From: Felis catus
Lineage: Eukaryota
Assembly (NCBI RefSeq): GCF_018350175.1
Contig: NC_058382.1
Location: 60,638,001-60,698,000 of the forward strand
Direction of reading: 5' to 3'
DNA: 60,000 nt
Part shown: positions 9,896 to 21,500 of the stretch, piece after piece
How positions within the stretch are numbered: position 1 is the first letter of the stretch
How the letters are laid out: each line of letters starts with the position of its first letter
Notes under the pieces: model-generated
What the model was told of the DNA's origin: nothing
Databases searched by the model: none
The model's input: the letters and a program-made list of their open reading frames with translations, nothing else
Translations under genes and position numbers: made by a program

Positions 9896-12800
9896 CTGCA
9901 AGACAGGAAGTGAAGACGGGGGTGCAGCAGTGGCCTCTCGGGGCCCCAGACGGGACAGCCACATCCAGAGTCGCGGAGTCACTCTACTGACAGCCCCGAG
10001 GGATGTCAAAGTATTGCCCAGCATGGGACCCACATCTGGCTTCCCAACGTTCTTTACAGGGACACCTGACTCGGACACCTGGCTGGGACGCTGGGCTGGG
10101 ACGCTGGGCGCAGGCGGGTCTGTGGGAGGTGTGAGCTCCTCCTCCTCAGACACAGGTACCAGGGTTCTGAACTGAGCAGAGGGGCAGGGCATGTCCGGGG
10201 CCCCTGGCCATTAGGACGGGGTGACAGGGCTGAAAGCAAGTAGCCCCAACGGCTGGGGTGCTGGAGGGTCTGCAGGCCGCGTGGTGGGAGGGGGGGGTGG
10301 GGGGGTGGGGGGAGTGGGACAAGGTTTCTGAAACGCCACAGGTGGGAGAGGGAGGGACAAGGCCCCCCCCCCCCCCCCCCCCCCCGCACGTCTTCTCCAG
10401 GCACCAGGAGGGAAGCCTGTCCCCTCCCACAGGCACTCTTAGTCCCCAGCCCACCACCATGCAAAGCCTGAGAAGAGGGCTGATGGGCCCAGTGGGGGGT
10501 GGGGTGACCAAGCAGAACAAAAGGAGGCCCTGGCGGGACTGCTCAGTGCAGCTCGAGCCCCCAGGCCCTCCAGGGGCCACACATAGGTGGCCCCCGCCCC
10601 CAGAAGTCGTGCCCAGCTTCCTCCAAGCTGCTGCCTCAGGCAGGGGCACGGCGGCGAGCTGGGTAAGAATGCAGGCAGGGGTCCAGGGGCGGGGCAGGGC
10701 GAGAATGGGGCGGGGCCGCGGGCAGGGGCCAGGGCGAGGCTGGGTGAGAATGGGGCGGGGCCGCGGGCAGGGGGCCAGGGGCGGAGCTGGGTGAGAATTG
10801 GGGGGGGCCTGCGGGCAGGGGCCAGGGGCGGGGCTGGGTTGGAATGGGGCGGGGCCGCGGGCAGGGGACAAGAGCTGGGCTGGGCACCTACCACAAAGGT
10901 GTCGTAGGAGAACTTGTGCCGGTGTAGCAGGTGCTGCAGGAAGTTGGCGCTCTTGTAGCTGGGGTCCCCCCAGGGCATGGCCGAGCAGATGGGGCACACC
11001 TGGAACAGAGGGCCCTACTGAGGCAGCGCTCGGGCGGGAGCAGCCCCCTCCCTGGGTCCCGGGGGGGGGGGGGGGTTCCACCCACCACGCGGTTGGGGTC
11101 GCTGCGATGGTTGTCCACACAGTGCTTCAGCAGCTCCTGCTGGTCCAGGTTTCGGGCGCCACAGTAGGGGCAAGTGAAGGTGGACCTGTTGGGGACGGCG
11201 CTGGGGCGGTGCGGGGAGGTGAGTGGGGGCCACTCCCATTGCCCTCCTGGGCCCTGCCCACCCCTGGGCACCTCACCCGGCATCCCCCTCCCCAGACTCT
11301 GGGTCCCCTCCCTTCGCTCAATGTGGCTATGCCCCTGGGAGGGCATCTGTCCAACCCTGGCCTTTCTGGGGATGGCATTCCCCTGCTGGGAGGTGATTTG
11401 TGAGCCTGCGTGGCCCCTCCACAGAAGGGACACAACAGCCTCTTCTACCTCCTCAAGGGACAGCAACATGGGCCAGGAGCTGCCCCCACAAGGGACAGGG
11501 GCTCTGAGCACTTGGAGCAGGGTGCTTACCTGGGGATGGGCTGGGATGTGGGCACCACGGGGACGAATTTGGGGCAGTTGGCCATTTGCTCCTGGACCTT
11601 CATGCAGGAGGAAACGTGCACCCTCATCTTGGCCAGCGTCACCTAGGAAGAGGGAGGCAGAGGAGAGGGTCGGGGTCAGGCTCCAGAGGCTGGGAGGACA
11701 GTGAGCAAGCAGGCCAGTCCCTGCCCCCGATGCTCGTGGCCCAGCAGTGCTGTGTAAGCAGCGAGAGGCTTCATTTAGGGGCCTGGTGTCTCTGCTGGAG
11801 AAGAGACACAGAGTCAGGACACCCCCCCCCCCCCCCCCAGCAGGCGCTCACGGCTTCAAGCCATCCGGCCACCAGCCACCAGTCAGGAACACACCTCAGC
11901 TGGGATCCCTTGGGGGCTGCAGAGGGGCGGGGGCAGTCCTGGAGGAAACCGGAAGAGCGTTTATTTGGGGAAAACTGCCCTCATGACGGAGACCGATGAA
12001 CAGCGTTCTCTCATAGACAAACGTGATAGAACTCCTTACCAGACTGCACCGAACCCAGCCACAGCACAGTCTCCTCAGCCAGGCCCAGGTCACACACTCT
12101 GGCCAATGGGGGACACCCGGCTCAGGGCAGGGAAAAGGGGCCTCGGTGGGGATCGAGCGAATGACCGCAGAAAAGGAATAAGCACGGCACCGGTAAAAGC
12201 CGCCAATCGTGACCCGTCGTCAAGGCCCAAAGGCCGGGAGCAAAGGTTCCACAAATGGAAAGCTCGCTCACAGGACCGAGGGAGCAGCGAGGAGGGTGTG
12301 AGCACCCACCCCTGGGCCGGCATCCCACCCAGCTGTCCAGGGTAACAGGAGAAGGGCCTCCAACGGCAGCCTGGCTCCCAGCTCTGCTCGGGCCGCCCCC
12401 GTGGCCTGCGTGCGTGGACACATTTGAGAACACGGGGGCGAAGGGCAGGGCCACTGCACACTGCAAACGATGGGAGGGCCCTGCCTGCTCTCTCTCGGAG
12501 GGGGGGAGAAGGCCTACCTGCCAGGGAAGAGGCCAAGGAGCCTCACTGCAGAACCCAGGGTGGCCGCCGCGCGCCCAGACCCTGACCTTTAGAACAAAGC
12601 AACCAGGGGCTGCTTTTTGTTGTGGTAAGTCGGTACAACCTGCCGAGCTGAGAGATTAAAGTCAAAACCCGTTCCTGGGGTTGGGCCGCTGAAAAGGCAG
12701 GCCAGGGTGGGTGACAAAGGCCACCGAGTGCCCCCCAGGGCTGGGGCGTTCAGTACTAGAGATGCTCCCTTCCATTAGGCCTGGGGCCCCGCCCCCCGGC

Positions 12801-15800
12801 CTGCACTTCCCCAAATCAGCCACACGACCGCGGAAGACCCGGGGCCAGGCAGCAGGGGGTGGGGAGAGAGGTGGGGGGATGTGGCCAGCCCCGGCGGAAG
12901 TGAGTGGTGCTGGGGGGGAGGGGCGGAGCAGTCCAGCCCAGTTCCTCTCTGTGGGAGAGTGGAGCCAGAGCCCGCAACCGCCCCGCCCCGGGAAGGCCCT
13001 GGGGGGTTGGGAGGGGGGTACCTTCTTGTTGCAGCCCCTGCAGGGCGCCTTGTAGGATGAGAGCTGCTTCTCCACGTGGGCAGCCTTGTCCACCTTCTTG
13101 GGGTCGAACGGCAGGCGGCACAGCGGGCACAGCGGGGACGGGACCTGCAGGCACGGCTGGAGGCACTCCCCGCAGAACCTGCAGCGGCAGGGGACACGGG
13201 CCTGAGCGCGCAGGGCAGCTCCCCTCTGCCGTCAGCGGCGCGTTTCTGGCGACGGTCACTTCTGTTCCTAAATCCTACTGACCCGACGGCTGCCCTCTGG
13301 CTAAAAAATGAGCCCAGGTCCCCTCCCAGCTGTGGGCTTCTGGGGCCCGCCGCCATACCCAGGATGCCGGTGCAGCAGTGGCCGTGGCTCCCCAGGACCC
13401 GTGCTGGCCCCGGGGCACCGCGCCCAGCAAAAGCCCCAGCCGCGGTGGGAGAGCTCAGCCATGTGGTGACAGCGCCTCAGCTGCTCTGGGGACGCGGGGG
13501 GCAGTGCAGAGGGCCCTGGAGACACTCCACCCACAAAATTCTCAGGAGTGAGATCATGAAAAGTTCCGGGAGAGGAAACCGCAGGGCTCCAAGGGCCAAG
13601 ACTCATTGGACGAGGCAGGGCCAAAGCTGTCCAGGTTGAGTGTCACCAGCCGTGGGACGGTGCCTGAGCATGGCGACAGAGGGGCCTTGCTTAGGCTCTT
13701 GACTGCTGAGCAGGGATCCTCACGGCCCTGGGCACGCACTCAGGCACCCGAGGCTCTTTGCAGCCCTGAGCTCTGGCACTGTCCTGGAGATGCCACATCA
13801 CGAGGACAGCCAGGGGACACAGATGTGCTTGGGCCACGGCAGCAAGCCCTCGCGCCCCCCACGCCCCCTCAGTGCTGCCTGTCACTCAGGCAGTGGGAAC
13901 GCCGGGCTGGAAGACAGCCAGGGGGGCAGCAAGAAGGAACTCGATCGCAGGACCACGTCGGTCCCGCTTCTTAGGAAGCGCCGCGGGGACCGCTGAGCCG
14001 TGATGCTGACCTAGGATGTGCAGATGCCGACACAGAGCCGCCACAGCCCCAGGGGAGTGAGCGCTCAGCCCCGAGACGAGACGGGGCCAGGCCCACACCC
14101 ACGAGAAACACTGCAGGGCATCAGGGTGAGGCCAGCTGTCCTCTCACCTGTGTGCACCCTGCAGGCGGGGTGGGAGGGACACGGGAGGAGAGGGCTCCCC
14201 TGGGTATAGACCACTCCGCCGAGCTAAGCGGTCAGCCTTCTCCCACCTCGTTCCCAGGAAAAGGCAGCTGAGGACTCCTGCCGCCCAGGGCTGGGCCGTC
14301 CTCCCACACGCTGGCATCTGGGGCGCCCCCCACCCCAGCTCATCAGCATCTGTACTCACACTGTATGTGAGAAGGCCCGGCTCGGCCTGAGGCCAAGAAA
14401 ATCCCCAGCAGCCTTTTCCCCACAGCACCCGCCCGTCCCTTACCTCACCCGGTGCGCACTCCCCAGGCACCCCTGGCAGGCGTGTAACCAGGCGCCCACC
14501 CGCCCAGAGCCGGCGCGCTCACCGCCTCAAGGGTCTGCTCAGCCTAATGGCCGAGGGAGGCCGCCCTCTGCACCCAGTCACTGGAGGAGAGCCCAGCTGC
14601 CATCCCAGTGGGGGCCACGGCAGCATCGCCACGAGAGCCACGAGGTGGAAACAAGCCATGTTGTCCGTGGGTGATGGACACACAGACGTGTGAAGGTGAA
14701 GGAACCCAGGACGAGTGAAGGACTGGAGGACGCCGCCCCGGAGTGAGCCTCGGAATCACCACGCTCGGGACGTGTGGTGTATGATTCCGTTTGCGTGAAA
14801 AGTCCAGAACAGACCCACCCGTCACCCGTAGGCAGAATGTAGACTGGTGGTTTCTGGGGCGGGGGCGCCAGGGTCTGGTTGCTAACAGGGGTGAGGCTTC
14901 TTCCTGGGGAGACAGCAGGGATCGAGGGCTGACGGGAGAGGACTGCTCAACACCGCACACTCCAGGCAGCCCTGAACTGTGCACATGAGACTGAATGTCA
15001 ACAAAGCTGTGAAAACACGCGTAGAAGGCAAGGCCACGGGAGCACTCGGGACGAGCCATGACCACGTCGTCAGTGGAAGGCAGGGTCCAGGGCAGGCCTG
15101 AGGGCCACGACTCCGGCGAGAGATGCACAGGCTGTGTGAAGGGCACCTCTGTGCCAGCGGGAGGAGGCGGGGAAGCTCGGGTGTCTCGAGAAGGCACGTG
15201 GACCCCGCCTGAACCCGGCCGCTCTCTGTGATCGGCCCGCGGCCAGGTGTCCACACTGACTGTGGTGTGCTGAGCGGCGACAGGCAGTGCCCGCCTCTTC
15301 CAAGGAGGTTCTGCCCGCACGTGCCCAAGGGGCCGGTGCCAAGGGGCTTGTCCGCGGACAGAGCCAGCCGAGGGGTCTGCTCTCCCACACCAGACCCGCG
15401 GGCCCAACTGGAGAAGCCACACGGCCGGCACATGGACTCCAGCGGCACCTGCGATGTGTCACTCCCGCCCCAGCCTCCCGCACGCGCTGGTGTGCCAGGA
15501 TAGGCCAGTGTCTCAGGGGCCCAAGAAGGCAAGCAGGCCGGGCCCTCAGGCACCCGGAGCTGTCCTGAGTGGCAGAGCCCAGCTTCCACAGCCTTTTCAG
15601 ATGGTGTCGATGGCTCACGTCGTGGTCCCCACGTGCAGACCCGGGTAAGCACAGGCTCGCTGACAGCCAGGCAGGGACTCTGGGACTCTGCCCAGAGAAG
15701 CCTGCTCGCTGGTCTGGGTGCCGATGGGCAGGGGGCTGTAAGGCTCAGCAGTCCCCAGGGTCTCTAAGGTCACTGCTCTAAGAGCACTGGTTGGGGGAGG

Positions 15801-18260
15801 GGGCGTGGCTAAGAGGCCAGCCCAGGCCTGACTGCCTGGGCACAAACCCTGGCTTTGCCGTGACACTTGGGAACGCGGTCTCTTGTACCAAAGAAAGAAT
15901 GACAGCACCTACCCCAAGAGGCCATGGCACACAGAGTACTCAAGTCTATCATTCCCTGTGTCCACCCTTAAGAGTCAGTGTTCTGCTTTTTCTAAGACCT
16001 GTGCGCATGGGCTGCTGGTGAGGACACTGAGGTGGAAGGACCGACGGACAGCGCTGGTAAGAGAATGAAAGGCGGCCAGAGGCCAGAGGGAGCCCGGGGC
16101 TGAGCTACCCAAACAGATACAGGCTGTCAGGGGACGGCATCAGAGGGTAATAAACAGCCACGGGGCTTCTGGTTCCAGATGTGACTTACTGTCCAGGATG
16201 TCCCTGGGGCATGAGAAATAACCAGCTCCCTCTGGGGCTCCTGGGGGGTTCTTGGGAGCTCTGCCACAGGCCTCACCGAGGGCCTCGTGACCGAGAGCCC
16301 CCACCGTGCCCTCTCCTCTTCTGTCCGGTGCTGCCCACACACGGCCGCTCTCACCATCAGAACCTGTTTTGCGGAGGCAGACTGTTTACAGTTAGGTAGC
16401 TGTGCGGAAGAGATAACCAGACCAGCAGGTCTTTTTTAAGGTGAAGCGTGAGCCTTTGAACCTGTGTTTATCTGCACATGTGCCTCCACGACACCAGAGA
16501 AGCAGCTGAAGAAAAGTCAGAGACAGAACAGCCAAGAACACGAGCCAGCAGGGAGAGCTAGGGAGGAAGTCTTTTACGAAGAAACTGTGGAAGAGGCTCT
16601 GGCGGGACCACCTTAGACCTAGGAGAGAGAGCTCAGATTCTGCCAAGAAGAACACGGGTCGGGGAGGGGGTTATAGGAGATGACGCTTCCACAGCAATCC
16701 TGTATAGGGCTGGATTCTAAAGACCACATTTTAAGAAAAGACTTACTTAGACACAAAGAGAGAGAACACAGATTTGTGCCCACCAGGAGACTGGAATGCT
16801 GTGGCCCAGGGCTGGGTAAGTGCTGGTGCCAGGGGGATGAAATCCAAAGACCAGGAGAGGCTTTCTAAAGCTGGTCCCAGGAGAAGCCTTACCGTTCTCT
16901 CAATCATGGACTAAAAAAATGCAGAACACATCTTAAAACACCCACCAGTGCTTACAAGAAAGGAGTCCTGTCCAGAGGCTGCCTCCGACAAAATGTCACA
17001 ACTGGCATGAGAAAGTGAGGCCCGGTGCCCTTCTCCCCAAGTTGGCCGTGCTCTCCTGATGCGGACAGGTGCCCATGCTGCCTGAGGGGGGGGGTAGGGC
17101 GGATCGTGAAGGCTTTCTGGATCCTGAAACTGTCCCCGGGTGATGAGCAGGCACACACGTGCCCCGCAGTTCCAGCTCCATCTTCGTGTCAGCAGCCTCC
17201 CAAGTTGGCTACCGTTGGTTACAAAATGCTCCAGGGGAACCTATGAGCCCGGTGCACCTCCGCCCAGCCCCCCGGGGTGAAAGCCCCGCCTGCTGCCAAC
17301 CAAGCCCTCCCGACCCGCTCCCCGCCCAGCTAATTTCACTCAAGAGCTGTTCTATTCAGCCAGGAGAGAGTCGCAGAGTAGACCCTGATCTCGGCTCCCT
17401 TCCAACAAGGCTGGCAGCTCCGAGAAGACTTGAGCGCAGCTCTCAGCTGGGAGGAGAGCCACATCCTCAGGTTTCTGTTGGTGAAACACCCTGCAGGAGC
17501 CCACTGTAGGCCCTGGTGCAGTCGGAAACCCTGGTCGCCCAGGACGGCCTGGCTGCTCAATGACGGTTAAGATTCAAGTTCTCCATCAAAACAAAAGAAA
17601 ACATCACAGGAGTCCAAACAAGCCCCTCTCCTAACTTTAGGGTAGTCCTGTCCTCTGCACTCAAGACAAGCAGACAGCGGGTCCGAAAAGGAGTTGGTAA
17701 CAGAAACCACAAGACATTTATTTACAAATGCCAACCCCGGTCTCCGGTGGACCGGATCTAAGGCGACTGGCGCAGAGGTCGCCCTCCGTCCTCCGAGGAC
17801 CCAGATAGGTCCGCGCGAGCCGTCAGCAGACCCCAGGGGCCCCGGGACCGGGCAGGGCTGCAGGTCGCCCAGTGCGCCGACCGGGTGGTCGGGTCGCCCG
17901 GGACTGGCGAGCAGGAGGCTGGGCCGGGGCGAACCCGGACGGCGCTGCGCAGGGAGCCCCGCGCCCCCGCCCGAGCCCTCCGCGCGCCTGGCTCCCGGGC
18001 TGCGCCCGGCGGCCGCGGGCCTCGGGCCCCTTCCGGGGCGGGCGCGGATCCCCTCCCCGCAGCGGCGTCCCGGCCCCGCGGCCTCCCGGAGGCCGGCGCA
18101 CTCACGTGTGGCCGCAGCTGCCGATGGCCACAGGCCGGTGGTACACCTCCAGGCAGATCGGGCAGCTGTACTGCGCCTCCAGGCCGCTGTCACCGCCCGC
18201 CGGCCCGCCCGGCGGCTGCCGCTGCTGAGCCGAAGCCACCAGGCTGCGGAACATCGCCAT
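9830..18260 (-). CDS. RNF166: E3 ubiquitin ligase RING finger protein 166, complete (6 exons, 714 nt, 237 aa)
   Basis: Exons 18260-18106, 13178-13022, 11642-11530, 11200-11086, 10999-10892, 9895-9830; all GT-AG and in phase. Encodes a RING (CPIC..CGHTFCGEC..CPLC), C2HC and C2H2 fingers, and a C-terminal UIM ([17 protein letters not shown]). Confidence 0.97.
10660..10885. repeat. G-rich ~45-bp minisatellite in RNF166 intron 5
   Basis: About 5 diverged copies of GGGTGAGAATGGGGCGGGGCCGCGGGCAGGGGCCAGGGGCGGRGCT. Confidence 0.85.
10892..10999 (-). CDS. RNF166: RNF166 exon 5
   Basis: [36 protein letters not shown]. Confidence 0.95.
11086..11200 (-). CDS. RNF166: RNF166 exon 4
   Basis: [38 protein letters not shown]. 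Confidence 0.95.
11530..11642 (-). CDS. RNF166: RNF166 exon 3
   Basis: [37 protein letters not shown]. Confidence 0.95.
13022..13178 (-). CDS. RNF166: RNF166 exon 2
   Basis: [52 protein letters not shown]. Confidence 0.95.
14615..15015 (+). mobile_element. Ancient L1 3'-end fragment (GC-shifted)
   Basis: GGTGGAAACAAGCCA..., TGTATGATTCCGTTTGCGTGAAAAGTCCAGAACAG, AGACTGGTGGTTTCTGGGG, CTGAACTGTGCAC and TCAACAAAGCTGT follow the L1M 3'UTR layout. Confidence 0.65.
15825..15945. mobile_element. MIR fragment
   Basis: CTGCCTGGGCACAAACCCTGGCT...GAATGACAGCACCTACC...GGCACACAGAGTACTCAA. Confidence 0.5.
18106..18260 (-). CDS. RNF166: RNF166 exon 1
   Basis: [58 protein letters not shown] donor. Confidence 0.95.
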
Positions 18261-18531
18261 CCCGGGGCCAGGCCTGCCGCCGCCGCTGCCCCTGTTCCGG
18301 CCCGGCCCGGCCAGCTCGGAGCGTCACGGCCGCGACGGCGCCGCGCTGACGTCATCAGGGCAGCGCCCCGCCCCGGGCCCGCTCGTCAAGACCGCGGCGC
18401 CGCGGTGCTGGCGCCGTCAGCGCGCGCTCCGCCCCCAGCCGGCCGAGCGCCGTCCGGACGGCGTCCCGGTGACGCCATCAGGACGCGTCTCCTCGTCGCC
18501 GCCGCTTACTACGGTGGGACCCAGCGCCGCC

Positions 18532-18599
18532 ATGTGCCAGGTTGGCGAGGACTACGGGGACCCGGCGCCCGAGGGACCGCCGCCGCCGCCGCGGCCTGG
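18532..18599 (+). CDS. CTU2: CTU2 exon 1
   Basis: GCCGCCATG; MCQVGEDYGDPAPEGPPPPPRP; GG|GTGAG. Confidence 0.93.
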
Positions 18600-21500
18600 G
18601 TGAGAGCCGGGCGTCCGCACCGGCCCCTCTCTTTCCCGGCGCCGTCTGCCCGGGGAGCTGCGCTCCGGGAAGCCAGGAGACGGCCGGGGGCCCGGAAGCC
18701 CTGGCGTCCCAAGCGGGGGCTGCACTTCGTTCCGCGGCACCCGGGGAGTGCCCGTTTAGCCGGCGGTGAACACCCCAGGAGGGGGCTCCCTCTGCCCGCT
18801 GGCACTTGTAATTCTGGCCGCCAGTGCGGACGGCTCCAGCGCTGACCGAACTTTCCGTAGTCGAAGAGGAGGTCGGCCTCCCTGTCGCTTCCACGCGCTG
18901 GTTCCACTTCTCCCCTCCAGATCCACACGGGGCAAGTGGTGGTGTGTCATGCCTGCCTTGGCGAGGTTGACAGGTGGCCTTTATGTGCTTTCCTGAGCTG
19001 GCTTTAGCAGACTAAGATACCCCCCACGGCCGTCGTCTTTTTTCGTGCTGGTAGGGTAAGGCACAAGCCTTGGCTGCTGTGTGTACAGCTGCCCTCAAGA
19101 ACTCCTCATACGCCAGGTTGGGGTGAGAAACGGGGCGCCGCCTCCTCAGAGTCTGCCCGGAGGGAGGTCTGCAACCTGTGTTCTTGCCTCCTCCTTCCCC
19201 CAAGCCTCCGAAGCCGTGAGCTAAAGTGTGTGAAGTGCAAGGAAGGCGTACCCGTTGTGGTGATCCGAGCCGGAGACGCCTTCTGCAGGTGAGGCGTGGA
19301 GGTGGGTGGGAGGCAGGCACGGGGTGACTCGGCAGCCAGGATTGCCCCCATCTCTGTGTCTTGACCTCTTGCTTTAAAGAGCATGTAATCACTTGTACTT
19401 CTCACGTCGCTCCCGGTGACTCTGGTGAGTGGGCGTGGGGGTATTGGTTTGCTGCATGGGCACCCCATAATTCTCCCAATATCCAGCTGTGGATTCAGTG
19501 GCAGGAAGGTATGTGATGGCTCTTAAGGGGACAGTTGGCAGTGAGGATGAGGTGAGTTACAGGCAGGATGAGCATCTCGGGGCAGATTAGAGCATCCTGG
19601 GATCTTGGCCAGCTGCTCTGAGGGACACTTACTTTACTTGTGTGGGAGGGAGGGAGGTTTGCAGCTTTCTTCAAGCTCTGAGGTGGGGGGGGGGGCGGGA
19701 CTTTGGAGGGGAGCAGAGGAGGCTGATTCCCAGAGGACCTTGTTATGAACATGCTCTGTTTTCTCTGAAGCCGTCTTGTGGCCCCTGACTTGTCGGCAGT
19801 GAATCAGAGCTCCTCCAACACCTGTTCGCTTCCCCTGGGTTCACAGCGCCATGAGGGCAGGACCAGGCTCCTGGTTTATCTGTGTTAATTGCTGCGGACG
19901 TTTCGTGCTTTGGGTGGGAGACGAACCTTTGTTGAATGAGTGACCAGCTCATGTTTTCAAGATTAGTCTCCAAGAGTCTTAGACTCTACTTTCCAGAATG
20001 TTCCAAAAGGGAAACTGAAGGGACTGAGCTTTTTGTTTCTTTTTTTCCCTACAACTTTCTCCTCCCCAGCCGTCTTTTGGGAACCCAGTGGACTTGGTGT
20101 GTGCCACTAGAATATACATTTTAAGCAAAGAAGGCAAGCTTTAATCACTTAGAACATCAAAAAGTGACGATTGTTCCAGGGCACCTGGGTGGCTGTCGGT
20201 TAAGCATTCAACTTCAGCTCAGGTCATGATCTCACGGTTTGTGAGTTTGAGCCTCACATCGGGCTCTGTGCTGTCAGCACAGAGCCTGCTTCAGATCCTC
20301 CGTCCCCCTCTCTCTCTGCCCCTCCCCTGCTTGTTCTGTCCCTCTCTCTCAAATACTTAAAAGAAAAAATACTAAAAAGTGATGATTGTTCGAAACAGAG
20401 AAGAGGCCACAGCAGCTCCTTCTGGGCTGAGAGCTCCCCCTGCCTGTGGACAGCGACAGGGTTCTCTTTGTGCCCCGTGAAGTGGGGAGTGAGTCAAGTA
20501 TCTGTTGGTTTCAGGAGTCTGCCACGCCTGACTTTCTTGGGAGTCCCTGCCCGTGGCTGGTCACCTAGGGTCCCAACATTTTATTAAACGCTGAGTTGAG
20601 TTACAAAGGACCCGGGGTCACCCCTCCTTGCGGTGTCTGTTCAGCGGTGGGGGTGGGGATGGCTGTAGACACTGATGTGTCTTAATGGGAAAAAGAAAGT
20701 AGATTTAGGGGTGCAGCCCCAGGTGTGGGGCGGTTCTAACGGAGCCGCCTTGCTCCCTCTTTTCAGGGTGCTGTCTTTGACCCTGACTCCCTGCTGGGCT
20801 TGCCAGGGAGCTTTCAAATGCGGGTGCCTGGGCCTCACTCTGGCATGTTCTGCCGTATTTGGCCTGAGTGATTCTAACCTGTGGCCAAGGCTGAGCACTT
20901 CTGACCTAGTGAACATGAGAACCAGCTGGGAGGTTTATCATCAACACAGATTCCCAAGGCCTGTGGTTCTGAGTGCTTTGATTCTGTAGGTTTGAAGAAG
21001 CAGCCAGGACTGCGCGTTTGGCACGAGCTTCCCGGCGTTTCTGGTCCAGATGGGATCAGCTCATCGGGCCCGTGTGGAGCTCTGGGACGCCCCCACCCCA
21101 CAGCCTGTTCAGGGCTCCCCCTTCACCCAGAGGGATAGTACTTCTCCCCGTGGGGGTCCCGGAAGGGACCTTCAACTCTGCTTAGGGGAGGGTCGGGCTG
21201 GCCTTGCCCTGCACTTTCCGGTGTCCGTCTGTTCTGCCAGCCGGGCCCTCCTGAGCGTTTGGGGGTGCGGGTGGCACCGGGGCTGCGAGCCCCTCAGGCA
21301 TCAGTTCACACGAGTAAGGGTTGCTGGGGACCAAGGGAGGCCTCCCTCGCAGTGTGGGGCCGATCGCGGGGCAGACCCAGCTGGCGAGAACCCCGTAAGC
21401 TTGGCTTCCCTTGGCAGTTGCTGGGCAGAGCCTTGGTCAAGATGCTTCCGGTCGAAGCCGGAAGTTGGTAAAAGCAGGGGAACGCCAGGCAGAGTCTCGG

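Larger units (their letters stand above)
17720..18900. promoter_or_regulatory. CpG island and bidirectional promoter of RNF166 (-) and CTU2 (+)
   Basis: Divergent ATGs (18260 and 18532) are only 271 bp apart; CpG-dense; full CRE TGACGTCA at 18347-18354, further CGTCA half-sites and a GC box at ~18365. Confidence 0.88.

Noticed and set aside
10363..10385. Long G/C homopolymers (also 11061, 36614, 44198, 55814)
   Set aside because: All are non-coding, their lengths are unreliable in assemblies, and no function can be inferred.
17694..18845. 383-aa ORF across the RNF166/CTU2 promoter
   Set aside because: CpG-island shadow ORF, antisense to RNF166 exon 1 and out of frame with CTU2.
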